This document shows, in pieces, positions 1 through 7,812 of a stretch of DNA of 16,289 bases. The stretch covers positions 1 to 16,289 of the forward strand of contig QHTZ01000024.1 of assembly GCA_003221005.1 (NCBI GenBank), read 5' to 3'. The notes beneath the pieces were generated by a model, which ran no database searches, was not told the origin of the DNA, and saw only the letters and a program-made list of their open reading frames with translations. The stretch comes from Gemmatimonadota bacterium (GTDB lineage Bacteria; Gemmatimonadota; Gemmatimonadetes; Gemmatimonadales; GWC2-71-9). How positions within the stretch are numbered: position 1 is the stretch's first letter; each line of letters starts with the position of its first letter. A program made the position numbers and the translations under genes.

Positions 1-858
1 CGCCGCCCGCGCGTAGCACTCCTGTAGCTCGCGCGCGGGAACCTTCCCCCGGAACGTCGCCCGATCGCCCAGGCCAAGCTGGCGCGCCAGCGCCTCGAGC
101 GCCGGCCGCTCGGGGCCGTCGCCTATGACTTCGAGGCGTGGACCGCCGGGCCCGAGCCGCGCCAGGGCCTCCACGAGGTTCGCCACGCCCTTGCGCTCCA
201 CCAGCCGCCCCACGAAGAGCACCGGTCCAGTGCCGTCGCGTGCGACCGGTGCCGCACCCGGAGCCGGGAGCGACGTCGTGTAGGGGATGACCTCGATCGG
301 GATGTCGGCGAGCTCGCGCACCTCGGCCGCGGTGTAGCTCGAGATCGCCACGACACGGTCGGAGCGTCGCGCGGCCCACGCGAGAAACCGCCTGGCGAAG
401 GGCAGGGACGACCCCTTCACCCAGCGGAGCTCGGCGCCATAGAACGTGGTCACGAGACGTGCCGGCCGCGCTCGCTGCGCCGCCCAGCCGAGTAGCGCCA
501 GCGGGAACGGCCAGTGCACATGGATCACGTCGTAGCGGTGGCGGCGGCAGTGACGCCGGATCGCCACCATCCCCGCGACGACGAAGGCAAACGGCAGCAA
601 CCGATAGAGCAGGGAGCGACGCATCCGATCGGGCGCCGTTTCCTCGTGGGTCAGATTCTCCCAGCGACGCAAGAAATACCGGAACCGGTAGACCGGAATG
701 CCGGCGAACACGTGGTCCCCCATGCCGCGGTACGCCGACGTGAACACGGCGATGTCGTACCCCGCCGCGCGCAATCGCTTCAGCAGCTCGACGAGCCACG
801 GAGCGATGACGTCGTCGGCACTGCGGGGGAACGCGGTCACCACGTGGAGCACGCGCAT
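1..858 (-). CDS. Glycosyltransferase family 4 (GT-B fold), runs off the window edge
   Basis: Manual translation from ATG at 858, open to base 1: MRVLHVVTAFPRSADDVIAPWLVELL...YDVIHVHWPFP...VLFVGRLVERKGVANLVEALA...LEVIGDGPERPALEALARQLGL...; typical GT4 motifs. Not in the ORF track because no stop lies inside the window. Confidence 0.92.
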   Translation of the reverse strand, partial: MRVLHVVTAFPRSADDVIAPWLVELLKRLRAAGYDIAVFTSAYRGMGDHVFAGIPVYRFRYFLRRWENLTHEETAPDRMRRSLLYRLLPFAFVVAGMVAIRRHCRRHRYDVIHVHWPFPLALLGWAAQRARPARLVTTFYGAELRWVKGSSLPFARRFLAWAARRSDRVVAISSYTAAEVRELADIPIEVIPYTTSLPAPGAAPVARDGTGPVLFVGRLVERKGVANLVEALARLGPGGPRLEVIGDGPERPALEALARQLGLGDRATFRGKVPARELQECYARAA

Positions 859-936
859 CGCGGGAGTACTATACCGGACCGGGGTTCGGGCTCCAAGAGG
901 CCTCCTTTCCTGCGCTTAGGAGGCTTGGTATCTTGG
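859..936. promoter_or_regulatory. Divergent promoter region with overlapping -10-like hexamers and an SD-sequestering hairpin
   Basis: TACTAT (+, 867-872) overlaps TATAGT (-, 873-868). GCCTCCT 900-906 is complementary to AGGAGGC 918-924, and CCAAGA 893-898 to TCTTGG 931-936. Confidence 0.45.
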
Positions 937-1559
937 TCACACCGATGGCCCAACGCATTGCCCCCGCGTCTCGCGAGCTCGCGAAGTTCTACAGCGCCCG
1001 CCACAACTGGCGTAACTCTGGCGAGGAGCGGATGCGCTTCCGCAAGGCCACGGCGCTCGCTCGGGTCAGGCCCGGGAGCGCTGTGCTCGACATCGGGTCG
1101 CGCAACGGCGACCTCCGGCGGTACCTGCCGCCGGACGTGAAGTACCAGGGGCTCGACATCGCCCCCGAATTCGCCGCGCCCGATATTCTCGTGCACGACA
1201 TCTCGCAGGGGCTCCCGTTCGCGGACGTCTCGTTCGACTACGTCTTCATGATCGAGGTGCTGGAGCACACACCGACGGCGTATGCCACGGCGGGGGAGAT
1301 CCACCGCGTGCTGCGGCCCGGGGGCACGTGGATGGTGTCGGTCCCCAACCCCTATCACCTGAAGGAGATCATCTGGAACCTGCTGCGGGTGCCCGACAAG
1401 CAAGGGCACATCTACAGCTGGACCCGCCAGACGATTTCCCGGCTCGGGGAGATGAACGGGTTCCGCCTGGTGGACTGGGGCGGCACTTACTTCTATCCGC
1501 CGATTCCGGCGCCCTGGCTGCTGGCGCGGTCGGTGGCCTACAAGTTCGTCCGCGACTGA
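933..1559 (+). CDS. Class I SAM-dependent methyltransferase
   Basis: Motif I VLDIGSRNG, GLDIA, LPFADVSFDYVFMIEVLEH, EIHRVLRPGG. TTG at 933 has AGGAGG 9 nt upstream; ATG at 945 is an alternative start. Confidence 0.9.
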   Translation: MVTPMAQRIAPASRELAKFYSARHNWRNSGEERMRFRKATALARVRPGSAVLDIGSRNGDLRRYLPPDVKYQGLDIAPEFAAPDILVHDISQGLPFADVSFDYVFMIEVLEHTPTAYATAGEIHRVLRPGGTWMVSVPNPYHLKEIIWNLLRVPDKQGHIYSWTRQTISRLGEMNGFRLVDWGGTYFYPPIPAPWLLARSVAYKFVRD

Positions 1560-1566
1560 GCCCTGC

Positions 1567-2463
1567 GTGACCGGGCGGCGCTGGCTCCGGGCCGCTTCGG
1601 CCCTGGTCACCGTCGTGGTGGTCGCCCTCGTGGCGCGCGCCCTGGCCCGGAACTGGACCGAGTTCCGCACCTTGCACGTGACGCTCGCGGTGCGCCCGCT
1701 TTGGATCGTCGCTTCCGCGCTGCTCGTGCTGCTCACCTACGTAGCTCAAATCCAATCCTGGCGTGCGGTGCTCGCCGGCTGGCGGCAGCGGCTCTCCCTC
1801 GGGGCGGCGGCCCGCACTTGGAGTCTCGCGAACCTGGGCCGTTACGTGCCGGGGAAGGTGTGGAGCGTAGCCGGGCTGGTGGTGCTGGCCGAACGTGCGG
1901 GCGTGGAGCGCGCTCCCGCAGCCGCGTCCGCCTTCGCCTCGCAAGCCCTGGCTGTGGGAACCGGCGCCATCGTGGTCGCCGCTTGCACGCCGCACGCGAC
2001 GTCGCCGCTGCGGCTCGGCGCGGCGGTCCTCGCCGCGGTGGTCACGGTGGGACTCCTCGTCTGGCCGCCTGCCGTCCACCTCATCGGCCGCCTCGTCCAG
2101 GCGGAACGGCCCCTGGAGCCGCTGCGGCCTGCCGCAGTGCTGCAGGCGGTCGCATTTTCCCTGTGCGGTTGGGTGATCTACGGAATTGCGTTCTGGGCGC
2201 TGGCGCGCGGGCTCGTCGCCCCCGCGTCGGGAGCCCTGTCACTTTCGCTCGCCGCCGGCGCGTTCGCGCTGGGCTACATCGTGGGCTGGCTCGCGCTCTT
2301 CGCTCCCGGGGGAGTCGGGGTGCGCGAGCTGGTGTTCGTCGGCCTCCTGGCGCCCGTGCTGGGATCGGGGGGCGCCGTGGCCGTGAGCGTGGCATCTCGT
2401 GTCCTGCTCACCGCCACCGAGGCCGCCGCCGCCGCGCTCACCCTCCCGCTGGGTGACAAGTGA
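1567..2463 (+). CDS. UPF0104 / lysylphosphatidylglycerol-synthase TM domain (flippase-like) membrane protein
   Basis: About 8 hydrophobic segments; family motifs W..LANLGRYVPGKVW and APGGVGVRE...SR. Confidence 0.85.
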   Translation: MTGRRWLRAASALVTVVVVALVARALARNWTEFRTLHVTLAVRPLWIVASALLVLLTYVAQIQSWRAVLAGWRQRLSLGAAARTWSLANLGRYVPGKVWSVAGLVVLAERAGVERAPAAASAFASQALAVGTGAIVVAACTPHATSPLRLGAAVLAAVVTVGLLVWPPAVHLIGRLVQAERPLEPLRPAAVLQAVAFSLCGWVIYGIAFWALARGLVAPASGALSLSLAAGAFALGYIVGWLALFAPGGVGVRELVFVGLLAPVLGSGGAVAVSVASRVLLTATEAAAAALTLPLGDK

Positions 2464-4814
2464 GTCATCCCGAGGCACCGCCCGTGGCCCCGTTCGAGCC
2501 GAAGCGGCCGACGCTCCTCGCCACCGGCCTGTTCGCGCTGTGGCCGGTGCTGCTGTCGCTGCCGATGCTGCAAGGCCGCTGGCTCGCGAGCCCGTGGAGT
2601 GACCAATACACGGCGGGCTACCCGTTTCAGGCGTGGAGCGCCGAGTGGTGGAAGCGGACGGGCGATCTCCCGCTCTGGAACCCCGAGATCTTCGGCGGGC
2701 TCCCGTTTCTCGCGGCGGGGTCGGGAGATGTCTTCTACCCGACCTGGCTGTTGCGGCTGCTGATTCCGACCACGACCGCTGGCAACCTGAGCTTCTTCGT
2801 GCACTACGTCCTCGCCGGCCTCTTCACGTACCTGCTGGTCCGGCGTCTCGGCGTGTCGTGGGGTGGGGCTGTCGTGAGCGGCCTCGCCTACGAGCTGTCG
2901 GGCCTCATCGCCTCTTATCCCTCGCCCGGCCACGACGGCAAGCTGTTCGCCTCCACGATGCTCCCGCTGGCCTGTCTCGCGCTGGTTCTCACGCTGCGCG
3001 AACGACGCTGGACGGGGTACCCGCTGCTCGCCGCGGCCGTGGCGCTGTCCCTGCTCGGCCACTTCCAGCTCGCCTACTACCTCCTGATCGCGGCGGGACT
3101 GTTCGCGCTGTATCTCACGTTCGAGGAGGGCAGCGACGCGGGCGCGAAGGATGGAATGCGGGTGGGCCGCCTGGGACTCGCCCTCGCCGCGGTGCTCCTC
3201 GGCTTCGGCATCGCGGCGATCCAGGTCGTGCCGTTCCTCGAATACATCCCGTTCTCGCCTCGGGCGCAGGGGTACCGCGGCTTCGCCGGCTCGGTCTCCT
3301 TCGCCATCCCGTGGAATCACGTGCTCGAGTTCTTCCTGAAGAACTTCGTCGGCGCGCGCGAGACCTATTGGGGCTCAAACCCGCTCAAGCTGCACTCGGA
3401 GTACCTGGGGCTCCCGGTCATCGCGCTCGCGCTGCTGGGCGCCCGAGTGCGGGAGCGTCGCCGCCTCGTCCTCTGGCTCGGAGGCATCGGGCTGCTCTTC
3501 CTGCTGGTGAGCCTGGGGGGGGCGACGCCCTTCTACAAGCTGTGGTGGGCGCTGATGCCGCTCGTGAAGAAGACCCGCGCCCCGGGGATGGCCTTCTTCA
3601 TCGTAGCGTTCGTCACGGCGGTCTGCGCCGGCGTTGGCGCCGAGCGGGCGCTGTCGAGCGAGGGCCGGCGCGCGGCGCGGCCTGCGCTCGTGGTCGCCGC
3701 GTGCGTCGTGCTCCTCGCCGTCTTCGGCGTCTTCGGCCACGTGGCGCATACGCTGGCCGAGGGCCTCCAGGCGGATGCGGGGCGGGCGACCGGGGCGGCA
3801 GCCGACGCCGATCAAAGCGCGATCCTGTGGGGCGCCCTCGGGAGCGGCATCGCCCTCGCGATCGCCGCTGCGGTGTTCGGGCTCGCGAGTGGGAGGCTGG
3901 CGCCGGGCGTCGGGGCGGTGGCGCTCGCCCTCGGCGTCGGCACCGACCTGTGGCTGAACGCCCGTCCCTTCTGGAGCTACATCGAGCCGTACGGCCGCGA
4001 CCCCGTGATCGAGCGGATTGCCGCCACGCCGCTGCCATTCCGCGTCCTCAATCTCGACGCGTACCCCGGCTCGGCCCTCATGGCGTTCGATGTGCCGGAC
4101 GTGCTCGGCTACCACGGGAACGAGCTGCGCTACTACGACGAGCTGCTCGGAGGCAAGAACGAGTGGCGCAATCTCGGGCACCTGCCGCTGTGGAATCTGC
4201 TCGCGGTCCGCTATGCCATCGTGTCCACGGGACTGCGCGGCGCCGACTCGATCCCCGGCTTCCGCCGCGTGCTCGCCGCGGTGCGCGTGGCGGGGGGAGC
4301 GTCCGCGAACCTGTTCGAGCGGGAGACGCCTGCGCCCTACGCCCGTGTCGTCCCGGGGGCGATCAAGGGCGACTCGAGCATCATCGTTCCGACGCTCATG
4401 GACCCGCGCTTGGATTACTCGCGCGTCGTGCTGTTCACGACCGATCAGCCCGTCGTGCCCGCTCCGCTGAAGGAGCTGCCGCCACCGAGCCCGGCGAAAG
4501 CCACGGTCACGAGCTGGCAACCGGGACGGATGACGGTCGCCCTCGACCCCGCGCCGCCGGCACCGAGCTACCTCCTCATCGCCGAGAACTGGTACCCGGA
4601 CTGGCGGGCCCAAGCCGATGGGCGGCCGGCGCCTGTGGTCCGGGGGGACTACAGCCTGCTGGTGGTGCCCATCGCGGCCGGCACCCGCGCGGTAGAGCTG
4701 TCGTTCCGCTCGAGTGCCTACGAGCGCGGGCGGTTCATCACGCTGCTGTCGCTGCTCGTGCTCGTCGTGAGCGCCGGGGCAGCAGTGGCGGCGGGACGTG
4801 CGCGCCGTGTCTGA
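2460..4814 (+). CDS. YfhO-family polytopic membrane protein (GT-C fold glycosyltransferase)
   Basis: 784 aa, many TM helices; SDQYTAGYPF, LPLWNPEIFGGLPFLA, FYP, and C-terminal LLIAENWYPDWRAQADG...VELSFR plus a final TM. GTGA overlap with the upstream stop. Confidence 0.85.
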   Translation: MSHPEAPPVAPFEPKRPTLLATGLFALWPVLLSLPMLQGRWLASPWSDQYTAGYPFQAWSAEWWKRTGDLPLWNPEIFGGLPFLAAGSGDVFYPTWLLRLLIPTTTAGNLSFFVHYVLAGLFTYLLVRRLGVSWGGAVVSGLAYELSGLIASYPSPGHDGKLFASTMLPLACLALVLTLRERRWTGYPLLAAAVALSLLGHFQLAYYLLIAAGLFALYLTFEEGSDAGAKDGMRVGRLGLALAAVLLGFGIAAIQVVPFLEYIPFSPRAQGYRGFAGSVSFAIPWNHVLEFFLKNFVGARETYWGSNPLKLHSEYLGLPVIALALLGARVRERRRLVLWLGGIGLLFLLVSLGGATPFYKLWWALMPLVKKTRAPGMAFFIVAFVTAVCAGVGAERALSSEGRRAARPALVVAACVVLLAVFGVFGHVAHTLAEGLQADAGRATGAAADADQSAILWGALGSGIALAIAAAVFGLASGRLAPGVGAVALALGVGTDLWLNARPFWSYIEPYGRDPVIERIAATPLPFRVLNLDAYPGSALMAFDVPDVLGYHGNELRYYDELLGGKNEWRNLGHLPLWNLLAVRYAIVSTGLRGADSIPGFRRVLAAVRVAGGASANLFERETPAPYARVVPGAIKGDSSIIVPTLMDPRLDYSRVVLFTTDQPVVPAPLKELPPPSPAKATVTSWQPGRMTVALDPAPPAPSYLLIAENWYPDWRAQADGRPAPVVRGDYSLLVVPIAAGTRAVELSFRSSAYERGRFITLLSLLVLVVSAGAAVAAGRARRV

Positions 4815-5529
4815 GCGCGCGCTCGTCATCATCCCCACCTACAACGAGGCCCCGAACCTCGGGAATCTCGTTCCGCTGGTGTTGTCTCAAGACGAGCGGC
4901 TCGAGGTCCTGGTGGTGGACGACAACTCTCCCGACGGCACCGGTCAGCTGGCAGAAGCGCTGGCGCGTGCCAACCCCCGGGTGCACGTCCTGCATCGCGA
5001 GGGGAAACGGGGACTCGGGACCGCGTATCTCACCGGGTTCCGCTGGGCGATCGAGCGCGGCTACGACTACGTCTTCGAGATGGATGCGGACTTCTCGCAC
5101 GATCCCGTCCACCTCAAGGACTTTCTCAAGGCCGTGGCGGACGCGGACTTAGTGCTTGGCTCCCGGTACCTGGACGGGAAGGTGACGGTCGTCAACTGGC
5201 CTATGGCGCGTCTCCTGTTATCCTACACTGCAAACATCTACGCCCGGCGGCTGACCGGCTTGCGGATGTGGGACCTGACGGGTGGGTTCAAGTGCTTTCG
5301 CAGGCGGGTACTCGAAACGATCGACCTGTCGCAGGTGCGGTCCAACGGCTACGCATTTCAGATCGAGATGAGCGTGCGCGCATGGCGAAAAGGATTCAGG
5401 CTCAAAGAAATCCCGATCGTATTCGTCGATCGAACCGAAGGGGCCAGCAAGATGAACCACGCGATCGTCCGGGAGGCGATTTGGATGGTTCCGCGCCTGC
5501 GGTTGATGGCGTGGTTCGGCCGCATCTGA
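4807..5529 (+). CDS. Polyprenol monophosphomannose synthase-like GT2 (Ppm1/Dpm1 family)
   Basis: IIPTYNEA, VVDDNSPDGTG, GLGTAY, EMDADFSHDP, GSRY, DLTGGFKCFRR, SNGYAFQIEM, FVDRTEGASKM. GTG at 4807 overlaps the YfhO stop. Confidence 0.92.
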   Translation: MSERALVIIPTYNEAPNLGNLVPLVLSQDERLEVLVVDDNSPDGTGQLAEALARANPRVHVLHREGKRGLGTAYLTGFRWAIERGYDYVFEMDADFSHDPVHLKDFLKAVADADLVLGSRYLDGKVTVVNWPMARLLLSYTANIYARRLTGLRMWDLTGGFKCFRRRVLETIDLSQVRSNGYAFQIEMSVRAWRKGFRLKEIPIVFVDRTEGASKMNHAIVREAIWMVPRLRLMAWFGRI

Positions 5530-6356
5530 GCGGCCTGACGGTCTACAAGATGACGGGGTCGGGGAACGACTTCGTCATGGTAGACGGTCGTCACTCGTCG
5601 CCCGAGGACTGGGCGGTGAGCGACATTCACGCCGTATGCGCGCGCGGCACGGGGATCGGGGCGGACGGACTCGTGTTCGTAGGACCGGGGTCGAAGCCCG
5701 GTACCGTGCAGATGACCTACTTCAACAGCGACGGATCCCGCGCGATGTGCGGCAATGCGGCCCTCTGCAGCACTCGCCTGGCCGCGCATCTCGGCTTCGC
5801 CAACGCTCTCGCCATGCGGCTGGAGACGGATGCGGGCGTATATGAGAGCCGCTGCAGCCGCGATGACGGTCGCGCCGAACTGCGGTTCGCCGCGGTCGCG
5901 GCGCCCGCGAGGGTCACCAGCGCCGCGCTCAGCGCCGGTGAGCAGCGTGCGGCGCTGGCCGTGGTGGGCGTACCGCACCTCGTCGTGCTGGTGGATGACG
6001 TCGACCCGCTGGACGTGACGGGCCGCGGCAAGACGTTGCGGCACGATCCGGCTTTGGGGCCCGCGGGAGCCAACGTCAACTTCGTCGCCGCGGGAGCGGG
6101 CTCGGGGGCGCGGCCGGAATGGCGGATGCGCACCTACGAGCGGGGAGTGGAGGGGGAGACGCTAGCCTGCGGCACGGGCGCGATCGCCGTCGCGTGCGCG
6201 CTCGAGCAGTGGGGTCTGGGAACGCTGCCGCTCGCTATTCGGACGCGCAGCGGCAAGACCCTTGATGTCCGGGGGCAAAAGGCCCCTGGAGGTGGCTACG
6301 AGGACGTCTGGCTGGTGGGGGAGGCCCGGCTCGTGTTTAGGGGTGTGGTTATTTAG
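5526..6356 (+). CDS. dapF: Diaminopimelate epimerase
   Basis: KMTGSGNDF, GIGADGL, catalytic MCGNA and ETLACGTGA, GVPH, GANVNF, RTYERGVEGET. Start uncertain (CTG 5526, GTG 5511 or ATG 5550); the ORF-track start at 5268 lies inside the GT2 gene. Confidence 0.93.
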   Translation: MSGLTVYKMTGSGNDFVMVDGRHSSPEDWAVSDIHAVCARGTGIGADGLVFVGPGSKPGTVQMTYFNSDGSRAMCGNAALCSTRLAAHLGFANALAMRLETDAGVYESRCSRDDGRAELRFAAVAAPARVTSAALSAGEQRAALAVVGVPHLVVLVDDVDPLDVTGRGKTLRHDPALGPAGANVNFVAAGAGSGARPEWRMRTYERGVEGETLACGTGAIAVACALEQWGLGTLPLAIRTRSGKTLDVRGQKAPGGGYEDVWLVGEARLVFRGVVI

Positions 6357-6385
6357 GCCGCTTGTCCACATTTACACTGAGCATG

Positions 6386-6413
6386 ACTTAACATAACATC
6401 TATTATACGAAGT
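6386..6413 (-). other. dif site (XerC/XerD chromosome dimer resolution site)
   Basis: Minus strand ACTTCGTATAA-TAGATG-TTATGTTAAGT, an 11-6-11 layout. XerD arm is 10/11 identical to E. coli TTATGTTAAAT. AT-rich intergenic gap between convergent operons. Confidence 0.9.
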
Positions 6414-6439
6414 TTGCCTAGGGCATACGAGACCGGCTC

Positions 6440-7126
6440 CTAGGGCACGCCCGCCCCCTTCGTCAGCTCCCCGATGCGCACCTTCGCCTCTGTCACCGTG
6501 GGAGTCGAGTCCGTCCCCGACACGATGCTGCGGTAGTCGCTCAGCGCTGTGGCAGTGTCCCCCGCCGCCAGCCGCGCGCGCCCTGCATCCGAGAGGTATT
6601 GCGCCTTCAGAAAGGCATACTGGGCGCGGCGCGCGGCCTCTTCGTACGCCGCCGCGGCGTCTGCCGGGTGCCCGGCGTTCTCGTACGTCGCACCCAGGAG
6701 ACCGTAGGCCTGGGCCGCGTAGTCGCGCCCGACCGCTGGCGCGACGCGCTTCAGCAGGTCGATCGCCTGCGGACCTTGCCCCTGGTATAGGTGCACCTGC
6801 GCCAACAGCAGATTCGCTTGCGCCGCTGCGCGCGTGCCGGAGAAGTTTTCCACGAGCCGCGACAGTTCGCTCGCCGCCAGTGGATAATTGTGAGACTCGA
6901 AGGCGAGCCGGGCCTGCTCGAGCCGCTCGCTCGCCGCCGCCTCGACCCGGCTCCTCGAGAGGGCGTTCCACCATGCCAAGCCCCCGCCGATCACGATGAC
7001 CGCCGCGATGGCGCCCGCCATCTGACGATGGCCCTTGATCCACTGGATGAGCCACGTCAGCGCCGGCGACTCGCCCGGCGGAGGCGTCCTCGCCGCGCCG
7101 CGCGCGGCTTGCACGGAAGTCGCCAT
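6440..7126 (-). CDS. Membrane-anchored tetratricopeptide repeat protein (YfgM-like)
   Basis: N-terminal TM (AGAIAAVIVIGGGLAWW) followed by TPR-like helices. ATG 7126 has GAGGA 7 nt upstream; the ORF-track start at 7180 falls inside the tRNA. Confidence 0.82.
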   Translation of the reverse strand: MATSVQAARGAARTPPPGESPALTWLIQWIKGHRQMAGAIAAVIVIGGGLAWWNALSRSRVEAAASERLEQARLAFESHNYPLAASELSRLVENFSGTRAAAQANLLLAQVHLYQGQGPQAIDLLKRVAPAVGRDYAAQAYGLLGATYENAGHPADAAAAYEEAARRAQYAFLKAQYLSDAGRARLAAGDTATALSDYRSIVSGTDSTPTVTEAKVRIGELTKGAGVP

Positions 7127-7157
7127 GAATCGGTCCTCGCTGTACCCCCCACCCCAG

Positions 7158-7231
7158 TGCCCCTGGGGTGACTCGAACACCCGGCCAACGGTTTAGGAAA
7201 CCGCTGCTCTATCCACCTGAGCTACAGGGGC
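7158..7231 (-). tRNA. tRNA-Arg(CCT)
   Basis: GCCCCTG/CAGGGGC acceptor stem, GCTC/GAGC D-stem, GCGGT-TTCCTAA-ACCGT anticodon arm, GGGTG-TTCGAGT-CACCC T-arm. CCA is not encoded. Confidence 0.96.
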
Positions 7232-7266
7232 GTGCCCGAACTGCTAAGTTTTGAAAACTAGCGGGG

Positions 7267-7812
7267 TTACGTGTAGTGAAGCAAGGCCTCCAGGCGCTCC
7301 CCGCGCAGCCGCTCCCTCCCCTTCAGAAAATCGAGCTCGATCAGGAAGGTGAACCCGACGACTGCGCTGTCGTGGGCTCGAACCAGCTTCGCAGCCGCCT
7401 CCGCCGTCCCTCCCGTCGCCAGCACGTCGTCCACGATGAGGACTCGGTCGGCCGGGCTCACGGCATCGCGATGCATTTCGAGCGCGTCGGTGCCGTACTC
7501 GAGCGCGTACTCGACCCGTCCCCGCTCCGCCGGGAGCTTCCCCGGTTTGCGAATGGGCACGAGGCCGGCCTCGAGCGCCAGCGCAATCGGCGCACCGAGC
7601 AGGAAGCCGCGCGACTCGATGGAGATCACGCGGGAGACGCCGAATTTCCGGAACGGTGCCGCCATCAACTCGATGGCGCGACGGAACAGCGCGGCGTCGA
7701 GCAGCAGCGGCGTGATGTCCTTGAAGACGACGCCCGGCCTAGGAAAGTTGGGTACGTCCCGGATGCGCCGGTACAACTGCTCGACAGTCGCATCTCCCGT
7801 CATCTCAATCAT
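7267..7812 (-). CDS. apt: Adenine phosphoribosyltransferase
   Basis: IRDVPNFPRPGVVFKDITPLL, IESRGF, IRKPGKLP, YALEYG, PRPP motif VLIVDDVLATGGT. ATGA overlap with the acyP stop. Confidence 0.96.
   Translation of the reverse strand: MIEMTGDATVEQLYRRIRDVPNFPRPGVVFKDITPLLLDAALFRRAIELMAAPFRKFGVSRVISIESRGFLLGAPIALALEAGLVPIRKPGKLPAERGRVEYALEYGTDALEMHRDAVSPADRVLIVDDVLATGGTAEAAAKLVRAHDSAVVGFTFLIELDFLKGRERLRGERLEALLHYT

Noticed and set aside
2633-5152. Long alternative-frame and antisense ORFs (e.g. 2633-5152, 3375-4838, 12525-14582)
   Set aside because: Arg/Pro/Gly-rich shadow ORFs expected at ~70% GC; they overlap well-supported genes and carry no motifs.
6402-6414. 13-nt identity to loxP (AACTTCGTATAAT, minus strand)
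   Set aside because: The other arm is a XerD arm and the spacer is 6 bp rather than 8, so this is dif, not loxP or vector contamination.
6357-6439. oriC or intrinsic terminator between the convergent genes
   Set aside because: Only one DnaA-like box, no dnaA or box cluster, and no GC stem with a U-tract; dif explains the AT richness.
7158-7231. tRNA as an island attachment site
   Set aside because: No integrase, no duplicated tRNA 3' end and no compositional shift; the flanks are housekeeping genes.
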